A stretch of DNA of 64,000 nucleotides from Botryllus schlosseri (lineage: Eukaryota). The notes under the pieces are model-generated. The model was given only the letters and a program-made list of their open reading frames with translations. It was not told where the DNA came from and ran no database searches. Shown here piece by piece: positions 35,855 through 49,345 of this stretch. A program made the translations under genes and the position numbers. Every line of letters begins with the position of its first letter. The stretch's first letter is position 1. Location of the stretch: the NCBI GenBank assembly GCA_051294905.1, contig CM119371.1, positions 9,922,001 through 9,986,000 of the forward strand, given 5' to 3'.

Positions 35855-36106
35855 TGTAGTTGTTGGTACGTGGTATTCATGGTGTCTGTCGACTACAATG
35901 GTCATTCACACGAGGCCGATTTTCTTAATTTTCATTCTGTAGCTGCAAACATGTAGCACGGCCCACTTCTAGGCTTTTTAAGACATCGCTTAAGCGGATG
36001 AGATGGCGAGGAGGAATTCCGGAGTCGACGTCGGTCGGACTCGAACCCGCAAGGCCGCAACCTACTGGTGTTGCAGCTGTGGATTATATCACTACGCCAT
36101 CCCGCC
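35855..36106 (-). mobile_element. tRNA-derived SINE family S1 (internal deletion)
   Basis: A-box TGGCGTAGTG, B-box GGTTCGAGTCC; homologous to 3360-3673 and 61330-61950. Confidence 0.75.
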
Positions 36107-38210
36107 ACTTATAGAAACATGTGATACTAGAAATCTTGTCAAAAAGTGAGATGAATCAATCAATGAGGTCTCGCAACGTAACAGAATTTACATGGTATGT
36201 AGCTTTATGTATTAATGAACCGACGCTCTGAACCAGTAGAAACACTGGTGATATCATCTGTTCGAACGATTTGTTCTATACGGATTACACGATTTGTGTT
36301 ATCTAATCCTTAGAATCACAATCGGTCGGCGGTATCTGTCACGTGTTAAGTTGATAAGTGGAAAGAATTTTCTACACATTGCATCTACAATAGATGATAT
36401 TCCAACTGCAAGCAGCTGGATAATTCTGTTATGAGATCTGTTTCTGTGATTCACCGATATACAATGTACAATGTACATGTACAAGTCGCAGTCGATATCG
36501 CGATACAATAGTTGACCGAATAACGCTGTCGATAAGATACAGGACAACAGATGAATAAATGTCTATACTTTACAATGGGTACAATTGTAGCATGTATTAC
36601 TACGAACATAGCACGATAAGATTTGCTTTGAACGCTATGGCGTCTATGAATCATCATGTATCGACAATAGTGATTGACAGTACACAAACTAGCATTAACC
36701 AGTATAACGGTCGATTCATAACTGATTTCAATATCCAAGTCTGAATTATATCAAAACCATGATGTGTAATAGGACCTAAATGCCAGTAGTAGTGTGTAGC
36801 CAATCAAAATCACAAAACAAGTGACACCGTACTCATTGGCGTGGCCGGAAAGAAAATTTGGCACGGGTGATAGAATAGTTTCTTCTGGGGCGAATTTCCT
36901 GTAACATTGAAGGGATGTCACCCATCCACTGTGACGCGGTATAAGCGCATGACGTCATAATGTACAGGGGGTCTTGCTATGCTATTCTATCTACGTTTAT
37001 GTCCGTACCCAAGCCAGTAGTGACCTTGAACTAACTATTGGTTCATCTACGTACGATGTACCTAATCCACTTCCGTACTATTACTGTATCTCCTTTGATT
37101 TGAAAGTAACCTAAGTTCCAACGTCGAAGCCAACAAGACCTGACAATGATAATTACAAACACCGCCTAAACAAGAACGCAGTATAAGATGAGACACCATC
37201 GACCCATTCCTAGTCAACCGCCGCCGCCGAAGCGCCGATTAAATCTTGACGCTCTCGTTCTACCGACATACTACACGCTCGAAACACTGTATCTCACGAA
37301 ATAAGACTTCACGTTTCTGAATTACGCACATACACCTAGTAGGGATGTCTGCAATTTTTTTACACCGCGAAGTTTGTCCTCGAAATTACCGATTATACAT
37401 AGATCAGACAACCTTGAACATCAATGTATCATTAGTTGATCACTGACCAGTGATTATCTTCGAGTCGAAAAGCCAGCGGCTTGCACATATATATACTATA
37501 GCGTGAGTATTGAGTTGAGATTGTCATCGCTACTTCGCCTGCACCAAGTTATGTATCATGGCTCTTCATCGCATCCAAATTGCAAATGAAAATCATACAG
37601 ATAGGGATAACGACTTGAGAATGTGAGCACGAGACTATGTTTACGTATCGCATAACAAAAACACGCGTTGCTGTATCACTGAGAGAGGTGATTCTGTCTG
37701 AACACGATGTATCATTTCCTGGTAGTGATGCTATAAAGATTGCAGGTAATGCTGTTGCATACCGACCGCAATGATATACAATCCGACACAATCTATATAA
37801 AACGGACTGTGACTCAAACAATTCGATAAATACGGAATGCAAAACCCTAGGATACAACAAAATGCACACTTAACAGTGCACGCGACTGGTACCTACGGCC
37901 CTACGCATTCAGCTACCATCTGCATACTGATTGTTGAAGTAATGTCAAAGCAATCCCGTCTTGATAAACCGGACTACGAAATGCCAGCTCTAGTGGATCG
38001 CTCGTATATTTTGGACAAACGACAACCTTCTTAGACCAAAACGCTGTCGGCTTGTGGATCCATGTTTCTGCTGATTCAGAACCGGCCGAATACAGCGTAT
38101 TACCATCTATCAACCTTGCAAGATTATCACTAGATCGGAAAACAGCACAATCGCGTTACCGGCGTGTGATCGCTTGAGTGATCAGGGATATACAATACCT
38201 CAGCTACAAC

Positions 38211-40288
38211 CAGGGCTGTGGAGTCGGTAGATTTTACCACCGACTCCGGCTCCGACTCCGACTCCACACATTTTCAATATACCGACTCCGACTCCGACTC
38301 CGACTCCTGAGTCTTCGAACGTACCGACTCCAACTCCGACTCCGACTCCTGGGTCTTTAAACGTACCGACTCCGACTCCCGACTCCGACTCCGACTCCAG
38401 TAATATTACCAATTTACTTCGAAAATTATATGCCACCTTGTCGGTTGAATGACTATCATACAACCATTAAACATATTCAAACATATGAATAACGGTGGCA
38501 TGCTAAATCGTTTCATTGTGGAACAGCTCGAATTATCCACTATGCAATTAACATGAAAGAAAGATTTGCTAAATATCCTTCCTATTTCAAGTTTTTATAA
38601 CGTGGACTCTCTAATATCCTGAAATGTATGAATCATTCAAATATGGCAGATATCCAATAATGTATGATAAAATGTAGATAAAAAATCCAAGTGTAGCTCT
38701 TGTGTATGAGGTAGCAACTAATAAAAGAGATTGAACTTACTATTTTTGTCATTGCACACTACCCTGATTACAAGCACACACACTCGAACTACTAATATAC
38801 ATTGGTCATAAACGGAATTTAGTTAAGTAGTCAAAGACCATAGCCTATGTCTAGTCTACATGTACTTAATCAAGTATTCAAGGATTGGGACTTTCAGTCT
38901 TTCTTAATCACTTGTTCGACCCAAACAGCTAAGCTACACTACAAATATTTTTCATTTCGTCAAGCGGGAAGCATCGTTTGGTCATATTTACATCATTTTT
39001 ACAATTTTACAAAACCAGCCGATGCATTTGCTCTGTCACAATATCATGGTATAATTCCAAGAATTGCATCAATTTCGACTGCATCGCGAAAACGCATTTT
39101 GCAATTTTCTTCCCCTGTGCAACTGAGCTGTAATGTAGTAAGTAATGTCTAATTTTATCTATATCAGGGGTGGGCAACTTTGTCGGCCAAAGGGACACAT
39201 GAGATTTACGAACCATTGCGCGGGCAACTGGAATATTAATAACCTTGTCCTAGTCGTCCGATAGGAGCAAACCGAATTAGGTAACATTGCAAACAAGACT
39301 TACGCTCTAAAATTGATACTATGTCATGCAACTGTGCAGTGCACAATCAGGCCCTTGTCGCGCGAAGCGCGAAATTTTTTTGCAATATAATGTCTGAATT
39401 ATATCAATAAATATGTTGCTAACATACATTGGGGGTCGCATTTGTATACCACTGGGCTCATTTGGCAAGGACAGGATTATTCGATGTTTAGACATAGCAA
39501 AATCGACGGTATCAGTGAACATGCCTCAATCATTTTGTGCAAATGTTTTGTCGACGATCTCGCTGCGAGTGCACAAGCGAAGCCGTATCTCCTTATTGCG
39601 AATATAGTTGGACTCAATTCTGTGAAAAATATGTATTTATAATTTTCAGAAGGGGGCTGAAATAGGCCTACTGAATGCAAGAAATCTAGTGACAATGAAT
39701 CACGCGAAGTACCGAGAAAAATTTCAAGTCAAATAAATCTGCTATGAAACAATCTACTTTATGGTCATATACGAAGATCTGGGATAAATGTGGCTGGGCC
39801 CTGGATACGTCAATGCGTCAAAACTGTTGTTTTAATCATCATCAAATTTCGCGGTCATGCTAATCAAATTTTGGTTGGCCTTGCAATTGTACCTGATGTC
39901 ATAAATAATTTCGAGAATTACCTCACAGGCCACCCCCAACCTTCTCGTGTGCCAAATTTGGCATGCGTGCCATAGGCTTGCCGCACGTGATCTGTATGGT
40001 TATTAATAACATTGATTGGTGGTACATGAAAATTATATTGAAAATTCTTCGAAAGCAAATGTTTTCATGATAGAGAAGTTGGAGTCGGAGTCGGAGTCGA
40101 AGTCAGGGTCATTCTCACAAACTCCGACTCCGACTCCAGTCAGTATTTTCCTACCGACTCCGACTCCGACTCCGACTCCAGCTATTATAGTTTTCACGAC
40201 TCCGACTCCGACTCCGACTCCATCAACCGAAAATTACCCAGACTCCGACTCCGACTCCACCGACTCCGACTCCGACTCCACAGCCCTG
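38211..40288. mobile_element. hAT non-autonomous element with (CCGACT)n subterminal arrays
   Basis: TIR CAGGGCTGTGGAGTCGG / CCGACTCCACAGCCCTG; perfect TSD GCTACAAC. Confidence 0.92.
39165..39989 (-). mobile_element. hAT MITE family D nested in 38211-40288
   Basis: Left end CAGGGGTGGGCAAC; TSD ATCTATAT/ATCTGTAT; reverse homolog of 8895-9697. Confidence 0.85.
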
Positions 40289-41119
40289 GCTACAACACTT
40301 GGTTAATGTTACCGATTTCGCATGACTTCTGGTGAAAGTGATGATACTTAACTAGTTATCTGTATAGAGTCAGTTCTCGAGCAAATATTATCTCCAATAA
40401 CCACTATCAATATATGCAATCTTGAGACAGGAGATGCATGATTTTACAGGCCATAAACTACAACATATACCAGCACAATGTATCCTATCCTCATACGGAA
40501 CAGGTTCTATACAATATATGAGCATGAGATTCAGTTACTGTACTATGCGACAATTGCAATTGCTCGTTTTCATCGGAAAAATTGATGTCATATCTTTAAA
40601 GAATACTCTTTCCTCGTGTCGAAGACAACGCTAAATAATGAGATTTAGTGCCAAAACGTGCTGCTTTCTGCGCAACATGACCTGCTGGTCACCTACTATG
40701 ACCACCGAAACCGAACCGCGGAGTGCATTTGATTTTGTCAGATCTCGAAATTTATTCATATCTCCATTTTAAAGCGTCCCAGTTGAATTCAGCATGATCA
40801 TGGTCATATCTAGGATATCTCGCGTATGCATGGCGGTCGCAATAAAGAGCGCATATTTCGTCACTCTTAAGATTTATGACTTTCCCCTTGTCGGTTGCAT
40901 AACCATATATTTAAGAAAAATCATAGCTGAATTCCGTGCATCATATGTGCTGAATTACAACGGACAATTATCTTTGTCCAGTAAATGGTAGTGAAATTCT
41001 TGGTCTAATTTTGTGGTATACGTATGTCAATCATTCGAATAATGGTAATATACGCGCAAGCTTGCGAAATGTGCAATGAAGCTCGCCAGGAAAATGTTTA
41101 ACAAGCATTTACAGCTATG

Positions 41120-41276
41120 TGGTTAGGATTGGGATTTGGAAAATCCGGATTTGTGAAAATTGAGTCGGGTTAGAATCAGGATTTGGATTTAAATATACAA
41201 AAGTTATGGATTAGGCTTTGAAGTTTCGGATTTGGATTGGATTAGGAAATAGAAATTTCAAATCCGCTCATCTCTG
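41120..41276. mobile_element. Solo hAT MITE end with GGATT repeats
   Basis: Ends ...AATCCGCTCATCTCTG; partner TIR not found. Confidence 0.5.
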
Positions 41277-42884
41277 GTGTTTAATCCAATCATTTTCATC
41301 GAGGTGACGTATTGTTCGAAATCAATGATTCATTTAATTTAGAACACGTTAGACGCGTTGTCGGGTTGAAGATTTGTATCCAGTGCGTATGGTGCTGCGT
41401 GTAATCCGGATGACGGCCAAGGATTTTTGGCTACGACCACGGTAATGTTCGCCATACATGTCAAATGTCATACGTCCGCTTCAGGTGATTGATTGCAATT
41501 CAAAGTTCAAAAAATTGCACAGCACAACAACTGTTGCATACAGTGGAAATCGCGTGCTACGAATTCAAATGTTTGAGAAAAAGCCATTTCTGTAAAATAG
41601 GACTATGAACACCACACTCTTCACTTTACACCAGCTGCCAGATTTCTCTTTATCTAGCAATTGTATTAATCCATTGAATCGACGACAGCAACCAAGATAA
41701 TTTCCAAACACTTCGCGTGGCACACTTTCAAGGTGGAGATTATAGCCCAATTAGCGGTTACCTCTTTATCGTTACTATCATATCGTACGGAGCCTATTTA
41801 TAAATAACTGCTTCATTGTCTGCCATACTTGATATATATCTATTTTACGTCAACGCACATTTCAACCCACATTCATATATAGTGGAATTAGATAGCAACA
41901 CGAAGGTATAGATTACCAAGGAATCAGTCGATATAATGACGCATATACAAGTGACGACGTTTTGCTATCGTCTCACAAATGCTGATATATTAATTAGTTA
42001 TTGCATTTATTGCTATTTCATAGCATGTTCTTTGCCACAGTCGATTTAATCCAACTTCGCTGTGCGTGTGCGTTGTTTGTGTGGGCGAGCGTCTGTCTGT
42101 CTGTCTGTCTGTTAAAAGCGAGATAATGATGGGGCGGGAGTGCTTGAAAGTATCTTCGGTATCATTAATTTGCCACAAATATACTAATCAATTCTCAAAT
42201 CAAAATGAGAAGGAGAATCATGACAGACATATAGAGATGCCTACTGCTGTCAAGTCCAACAATATCGTGATATTAAAATGAACTCATGTTAATAAGCATG
42301 CCACAGCATTTATTGATTTTAATGTATAATAAAATATCACTGCTCTATATATCGCTCTTTTACGACTGCAACCATGCAGTTTGTTTTCTGACTAACCCTG
42401 TTGCTACCGAGATCTAACACGACTAATGTCGACATATGGAATTCCGTTAAGTCAACAATTGACGGTTTCCCATTGTTAATGCAATAGTGGATTAAAAAAT
42501 CTACATAACCTGTAACCAACTATACGGTATAGCATTTGTTTTCGAAAGCAGTATTAGTTTATGAATTGCGTTTGCTAGATAGTACTGCGGGTCGATCATC
42601 AACAGAAAAATCATCGTCCATGAATGATGTACTAATCACACGAAAGATTCAGTTCCAATTCAGTCACAGATGACGCAACGACACATATGCGAAGTAATGA
42701 CAATTGTCCACATCAACTCCTTCGTAGTTACGGAAGCTACTTCTTCAAAGTGAAGAAATCAATATTAAAAGTATATATGCTCTGATTATATGCGATTACT
42801 GCTGTTAGGACATTTCGCAACTGAATTAATATTGGCCCGGATCAGGTTTATGACTTTATTTCCCATTTTCCCGAGGAATAAGAC

Positions 42885-43358
42885 GATGATTATTATTGTC
42901 CTTGATGTCTTTGCGGTATATAACACCGACTCATGACCTCCATACACACAATTTGTGAATATGAATATGCATACCATGAGCGCATGATGAGCAGACGCCG
43001 CAGAACAAGGAAGACGCAGATATAGCCTTGTAAGGCTTTCTAATTCTTATACCACCCCTCCATGATATCTCAGTAATGCTGAGCGCTCAGTGGGGAAGCC
43101 ATGGATACCAGCGTTTCTAATAGGATATTTGGTCTGACCTTGCCGGGGATTGAATCCACGACAAATGTTCCCACTAATTTTTCACGAGTCTGCGCAAACT
43201 CACCTACATAGGATTGCGTATAACATAGGATTGCCACGGCTAGACTCCCAATATTTTGTGCGCGGCACACATTTTCCTTCCGCGCAGAAGTTGTCAGCGC
43301 TGCCCACGATCTACCGATCAAGAAACCGGACGCTTCACCATTACGCTATCTTACCGGT
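42885..43358 (-). mobile_element. MetaSINE-like tRNA SINE interrupted by a 140-bp hAT insert (43163-43302)
   Basis: A-box TAGCGTAATGG, GGTCAGACCAAA, GGTATCCATGGCTTCCC..GCGCTCAGCATT; collinear with 61501-61819. Confidence 0.8.
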
Positions 43359-44042
43359 GCCGGAATCAGACATTTGGCATAATGAATCATAAAGAACAGT
43401 ATCGATGTTGCACCGATTCCTGACTCTACACGGAGGCGGAAATAGATGTTTGAAAGTATAAAAATAGAACAGCTTATGACTATGATTCTTGTCGATATTT
43501 TCACGCCCGCTCGCGCTTGAGATTATAAGACCACGGTATGTCATATCGATTTCGCCTGCCAACACATTCCACCTCTTTTCATTGCTTGTCATTTTTATGT
43601 TATCTTCCGTTACTTTTCATTCAATGTGCTGTATAGAATTTAAACACCTTTTATGTACGTCTTTAGTTCATTACCAACGTCCAACAAAGGACCCACGATA
43701 GTTAAGATCAGCGACCCTACTTCATGTTGTGGAATGCAAAACGTGATAATTGGTCAATGCTTACGAAATGTATATTTTTCAAACGGTCGAATAAGATCAA
43801 AATAATATATTCTGCAAACGTCACTACTTTTTACTGCACAACGCCGCCGCGTGGTTTCTATGTCCCAGCAGTGCCGGATAATCAAACGACAATTGGCCTG
43901 TATCGCGCATTCCTATATCACGTTCTATTGCATGAGATTTTAGAAAATGTATGCCCGGACGAGAAGATAAGCTGTTTCTGAGATATGGAAGATATTTGTT
44001 AGGGATGCAATGTCTAACTTTACGATTATAAATGCCCTATTG

Positions 44043-47000
44043 CAGTGCTTTTCAACCTGTGTGACGGTTCGCACTGGTGCGAACGAAAAAAATTGCGGTG
44101 CGAATGACGGAGGTGGTGCGAACGGTGCGAACGAAAAATCCGGATGAGTGCGAACGAAAATCGTGACTGATAATTCGTTCATTTTTCTGACGTGGAATAT
44201 TTCAAATAAATCTAATGGGAAATTCAAGAGCAGTGCAACTTTTGTAGTTGCGACGCATTTGTAACTTGTTTAACTTACGACACACCACTAATCGTAGGTC
44301 TCACAAACCGTAGTGAATTAATATTTTGGACTATAATTATTACGTAACGAAAAGCCTAGTTTGGAAGCTAGTTTAGCGGCAGACATACAGTATATCAGCC
44401 CGTCTGAGCCTGTGACAGGCTGGAAAAATGACGTTAAACTAACTTTCTGCTTTCTTTCGCTAGCTGTAATAGCTGTTCGATTAGCGCGAGGCACGTGGAT
44501 AGAATACCATCATTATAGATTCACATTTGCAAGTTCACATTTGCAAGTGTAACGCAAATTTCAACCCCTTCATGGGGTTATTGAAGTATGGACCGCAAAG
44601 GGTACAAGTTTAGGTCAACATGGTGCCAAAGCTATCTTTAATATGTATATGTAATATTTGTTGAAATCATTGCAAAAAATCCTGCGATAGTTTATACATA
44701 TCCACGGTCACTGTGTTGGGTGATGTAGCCAATAAGCGAGACACGCAGAAAGATGACTTGATCATGAGAATCTTCCGACCTTTGCTTTAAATTCATGATA
44801 AGATCTGTCCGAATGGTTTTCCTAGAAAACACGGACGAAGACCGTTGGGATGAACTATAGAGTAGGGGTGTGCAATGAGAGGTTTCCAGCATATGAGACT
44901 TTATTCAATACCAGGACAACCCCTTCTGCGTCGGGGCGCCTGAAGACGCAAAGTTTTGGTCATCAAACCGCTGATAAAATGCGGTGCCAAAACATGAGCG
45001 GTAACAAAACCTTCTACAAAATGACCGACGCTGGATAACCAAACCTTTCGATATGGTTATGCTCCGTTGTCGGCACGGAATAGTCCCGTTCTTGCAAGCA
45101 TAGACAGTAGTAGGCTACAAATGCGACACGCAGAGGAATTTATTGATCCTAATTTGAAATCACGTGCGTCAGACATGTTTTGAGAGCTGTAATGGGTAGC
45201 ATTTTGGCGTGTGCGTTCTGTATGTCATACTTTACATGCCCGCAATATCGTAGCATACAACTGTAATATTAAAAATGAATTCCTTTTCATGGGTGAGGCT
45301 CGGGTTGCGAGATGCCACTAAAAATCAGATTTTGGTGGCAGTCTAAAAAGCTGCTTGGAGGTTATGAAACTGTTATGAATTCTCAAGTAAGATTGATCTA
45401 AAGAGCCGAATACACAGTTTCGTGAGTCTATTCGCTCATATTTACTCGCACAGAAGAGATTTTAAGACCTCGCCATCCAAGCACTAGTGGACGTTCTTGT
45501 ACAAAACTCAACAACTTGTTTGGTTTAAGTGTGAAGTAGTTGAAATCAAATCGAGCGAAAAAAGTAGCCATTTCAATGAGACAATTGATAGCTTAAGCTA
45601 CATAGTAGCCAATTTGTTGGACATCTGAACAAAATGCTGTTAAGTATCTTCATCTTTTTGTATAACAATTTTCGGTTAGTGCGAATGAAATTTATTTTAC
45701 AGAAAAAGTGCGAATGGAGCTCAAAAAGGTTGAAAAGCACTGGTGTCAGACATACAGTATATCAGCCCATCTGAGCCTGCGACAGGCTGAAAAAATGACG
45801 TCAAATTGACTTTCTGCTTTCTTTCGCTAAACAATCATCAGATTTTCGTAATAACTGTTCGATTAGCGCGAGGCACGAGAATAGTAGTAAATAACATCAT
45901 TATGGACTCACATTTGCAAGTTTACTGTAACCCAACTTTTTACCCCTTCAAGGACCGCAAAGGGTATGATTTCGGGTCGACACGGTGCCAGATCTGTCTG
46001 TTAATGTAATATTTATTGAATTTATTGCAAAAAATCCTACGATCGTTTTTACATATCCTAGGTCACTGTGTTGGGCACTGTAGCCAATAAGCGAGACAAG
46101 CAGTAAATATGGCTTCATCATGAGAATTTATGATCAGATATGTCCGACTGTTTTTTTTTCTGGAAAACATGGTCGAAGACCGTTGGGATGAACTATAGTG
46201 TAGAGGTGAGCAACGAGCGAGTTCATGCCTATGATATTCACTCATTTCGAGGCCAACCCCGTCTGCGTCGGGGCACAAGAAACCGCTGATAAAATGTGGT
46301 GTCAAAAACATAAGCGTCGAGAAAACCTCGGTCTGAAAATGACCGATGCTGGATAGCCAAACCTTTCGAGATGGATTGGACATGATCCGTTGTCGGCCCG
46401 GAATAGTCCCGTTCTTGCAATCTGAGTAGACAGTAGTACAACTGCGATACGCAGAGGAATTTAATTCGCCGTAATTTGAAATCGCGTGCTTCAGTCATGT
46501 TTTGTAGAGCTGTGTTGGATAGAATTGTGATGTGCGCGTTCTGTATGTCATACATGTCCGTAAAATCGCAGCATGCTACTGTACTATTGAAAACAAATTC
46601 CTTTTCATGGGTGAGGCTCGGGTCGCGAGACGCCACAAAACTCAAATTTTGGTGGTAGTCTAACTGCTTTACCGTTATTAAATAGTTATGAATTCTCAAG
46701 TTATATTGGGCTAAAGAGTAGAACACACAGTAGGCTACCGTGAGTTATGCGCTCTTCTCATAAACTTGTGAGATAGAAGTTGGAGCAACGTATCATCAGG
46801 TATCGAGCTCTGATGTGCCTACTCTCCTTGATCGTTTTGCACCTTATGCCCCAAAGACATAAGGCAAAAGCCTCAACGCAAACATGTGGTTTATTCATCC
46901 TTTCGACTAACTGGAGCCTCGCGGGACCTTTGTGTCAGCTCTCAAAAACGATTTCTGCCAGCAAGCATTTTTCACTCGCAAAAAAATACGCTGTATTTTG

Positions 47001-47327
47001 GATAGGAGTGCAGAACAGATTTTAAGACCAGGTCATTCAAGCACTAGTAGACGTTCTTGTACAAATTCTCAACAACATTGTTCGGCCGAGAAGGGTTTTA
47101 GTGAAATAATTTAAAGCAAAACGAGCGAAAAAGTTGCCTTTTTAATGAGACACTCGAAAGCTTAAGCTACATATTAGCCAATTTGCTGCACATCTGAAAC
47201 AAAATGTTGTTAAGTATAGACCTATCTTCATCTTCTTTTTGTATAACAATTTTCGATTAGTTTGTGCGAATGAAATTTATTTCACAAAAAAAGTGCGAAT
47301 GGGGCTCAAAAAGGTTGAAAAGCACTG
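44043..47327 (+). mobile_element. hAT (Buster-type) composite element with duplicated body and two right TIRs (45742, 47327)
   Basis: TIR CAGTGCTTTTCAACC / GGTTGAAAAGCACTG; perfect TSD CCCTATTG; 44377-45742 is homologous to 45743-47327. Confidence 0.9.
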
Positions 47328-48654
47328 CCCTATTGCTTGAAACATGTATCTCCAAATAGATGTGCCTTTATCACACCTAAAAAACTACTGCGATACCGAG
47401 TCGGCAGGCATACTCCTGTAGCGATTCATTTCAAGCCTAAGCATTTTAACTTTGCAACAGGCACAATGATAGCTTTTATCAATTACCGAATATTTACGTC
47501 TGCAATCTAACTCCTGTATGTATTCCATAATGATACCCCATGTCAAAGTAACTCATTCCGATATGAAATTCGCTATCATTTATGACATCACACAATCGTG
47601 AACGCATCCATTTCTGCCAATTTCTATTATCTTTTTGTGAGTTGCAAGCACGCGACAACTATAACCCTTTCGACTGAAGCTCATATACATTTTAGCTCAA
47701 CCGGCAGACCATTGGCTTATGTCAATCGTCTGCGTCTACCAGTCTTGAAAACGTCGTGAGCGCTATCTCTCATCCCGACGTTATCCGAGTGGACTGTAAT
47801 GACATAATGAGCTCACGTTGATATGTCTCGCAGGTATGAAATATGAAAGTGTCACCTCCGTGTAACTTACGGCTCTAATTGATTCTCTCAATGAATGTCA
47901 CAAAATTATCTTCGTGTATGCGAAACCAAGTACATGTATCCAGCTCAATTCCAAAGTCTTCCGTAGGCTCATTATCGCACGACACCACAAATTATACGCT
48001 ATTATATCGATTCATATGTTCTTTCGCGGAATTCCAAGTATCATACAAATGTGTGAATCGGAATGATCTTCTTCGGCAGGGCAGTGTTGTTGCCAGGTCC
48101 AGTTCCTATAACATAGAGTCGTAGCACTCAATTCATATTTTAGAGCGGAGATAACGATCCGTGCAAATCATTACAATGGTATTATGTTCCCTTCGAGTTA
48201 CACGGCCGATTTCTTTTCCTTCACCATTGTTAGGTTCGACGGTTAACGAAGTACGATCACGAAATCGCGTTTTGATGTAATAGTAGGGATCCTGACGCCG
48301 TTTTGCGAGCTACGCGCTCTATCGTATAGCGTAGATTTTGGGTTCTATGTATTGCTGTAGGTTTCACCACCGCATATTGTTTAGTAGTTGTCTCTACCTA
48401 TTACAGTGGCTCTCAGCATTGGTTTTCATGGGTTTCGCTGGATTTCAAGACACACAATTGTGTTGGCTGTTGTGGTGGTACGCTGTGGACAGTAGCCTAA
48501 GCCGGGGAGTTTAGGGTTCGAAATGGAAACCCTGTCCTTTTGAATACTGATTTTATCTTCATAATTTATTACATTTTTTAAAATTACGCAATCGCTAGCG
48601 CGCTGTTCCGATTCGGGAGAACAATACGATTCGAATTGCCTGGGTATTAGAACT

Positions 48655-49345
48655 TACAAGGCCAACCAAATATTTGATTCACCTGACCGCGAAATTTGGT
48701 ATGATTATGATAATAATAAAATATCCGTTCCGTCGCATTGGCTAGCCAGGGACCAGCCGCATTTTTCATAGATCTTCGTATAATATTAGGCGGTATGTTT
48801 ATTTCACTTGTAATTTTTCTTCGCGCTTCGCGTGCTTTATTGTCACGGATTTTCTTGATTTTGAAATTGATTTCCCTACCGTAAATTAAAAATACGCCTC
48901 ATTTACAGAATTGAATCAAACTATATTGAGGGAAAACGTGTCTTCCAACTTGCGAATTCACGTGTGCGCACGCAGAACTATTGCCGGCGATGACACTTTG
49001 GCGAAAATGATAAATGCATGTTGGCCGAAAACTTCGGTATTGACATTTCCAGGCGCAGAATAGTCCTGTCCTTGCAAACCGAGCTCAACGATACACAGCG
49101 GCGACCAGCAATATATGCAAATAACAATATTATTGACCGTACTTCACGTGGCAAAGGTATAACTGCACAGTTGCACAATGAAATGTCATGTTGTCCATTT
49201 TGATGCTTAGTGAGATAAAAAATGTTTTCGCCGTTACCTAATCCGGCTTGATCCTATAGATAGGGCGTATAAAAAGATCATCAACAGTCAAGTGACCCTC
49301 ACAATGGTTCGTAAATTGCATGTGGAGTGTGGACCTTTGGCCGAA
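48655..49345 (+). mobile_element. Degenerate family D body without intact TIRs
   Basis: CAAGGCCAACCAAA, CTGACCGCGAAATTTG, TCCTGTCCTTGC, CAATGGTTCGT blocks shared with 8895-9697. Confidence 0.7.

Noticed and set aside
38178..40306. Repetitive ORFs (RLRLRL, GVGVGV, TPTPTP, DSDSDS) and CRISPR-like appearance
   Set aside because: These are translations of CCGACT subterminal arrays of a TSD-bounded hAT element; there is no repeat-spacer periodicity or cas gene, and the context is eukaryotic
46238..46726. 162-aa minus ORF
   Set aside because: It lies inside the duplicated hAT body, the paralogous unit shows no equivalent ORF in the track, and no motif is recognisable
47930..48115. Minus-strand peptide KKIIPIHTF...SCD...FGI reminiscent of a transposon-associated protein
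   Set aside because: Too short and interrupted to support without a search
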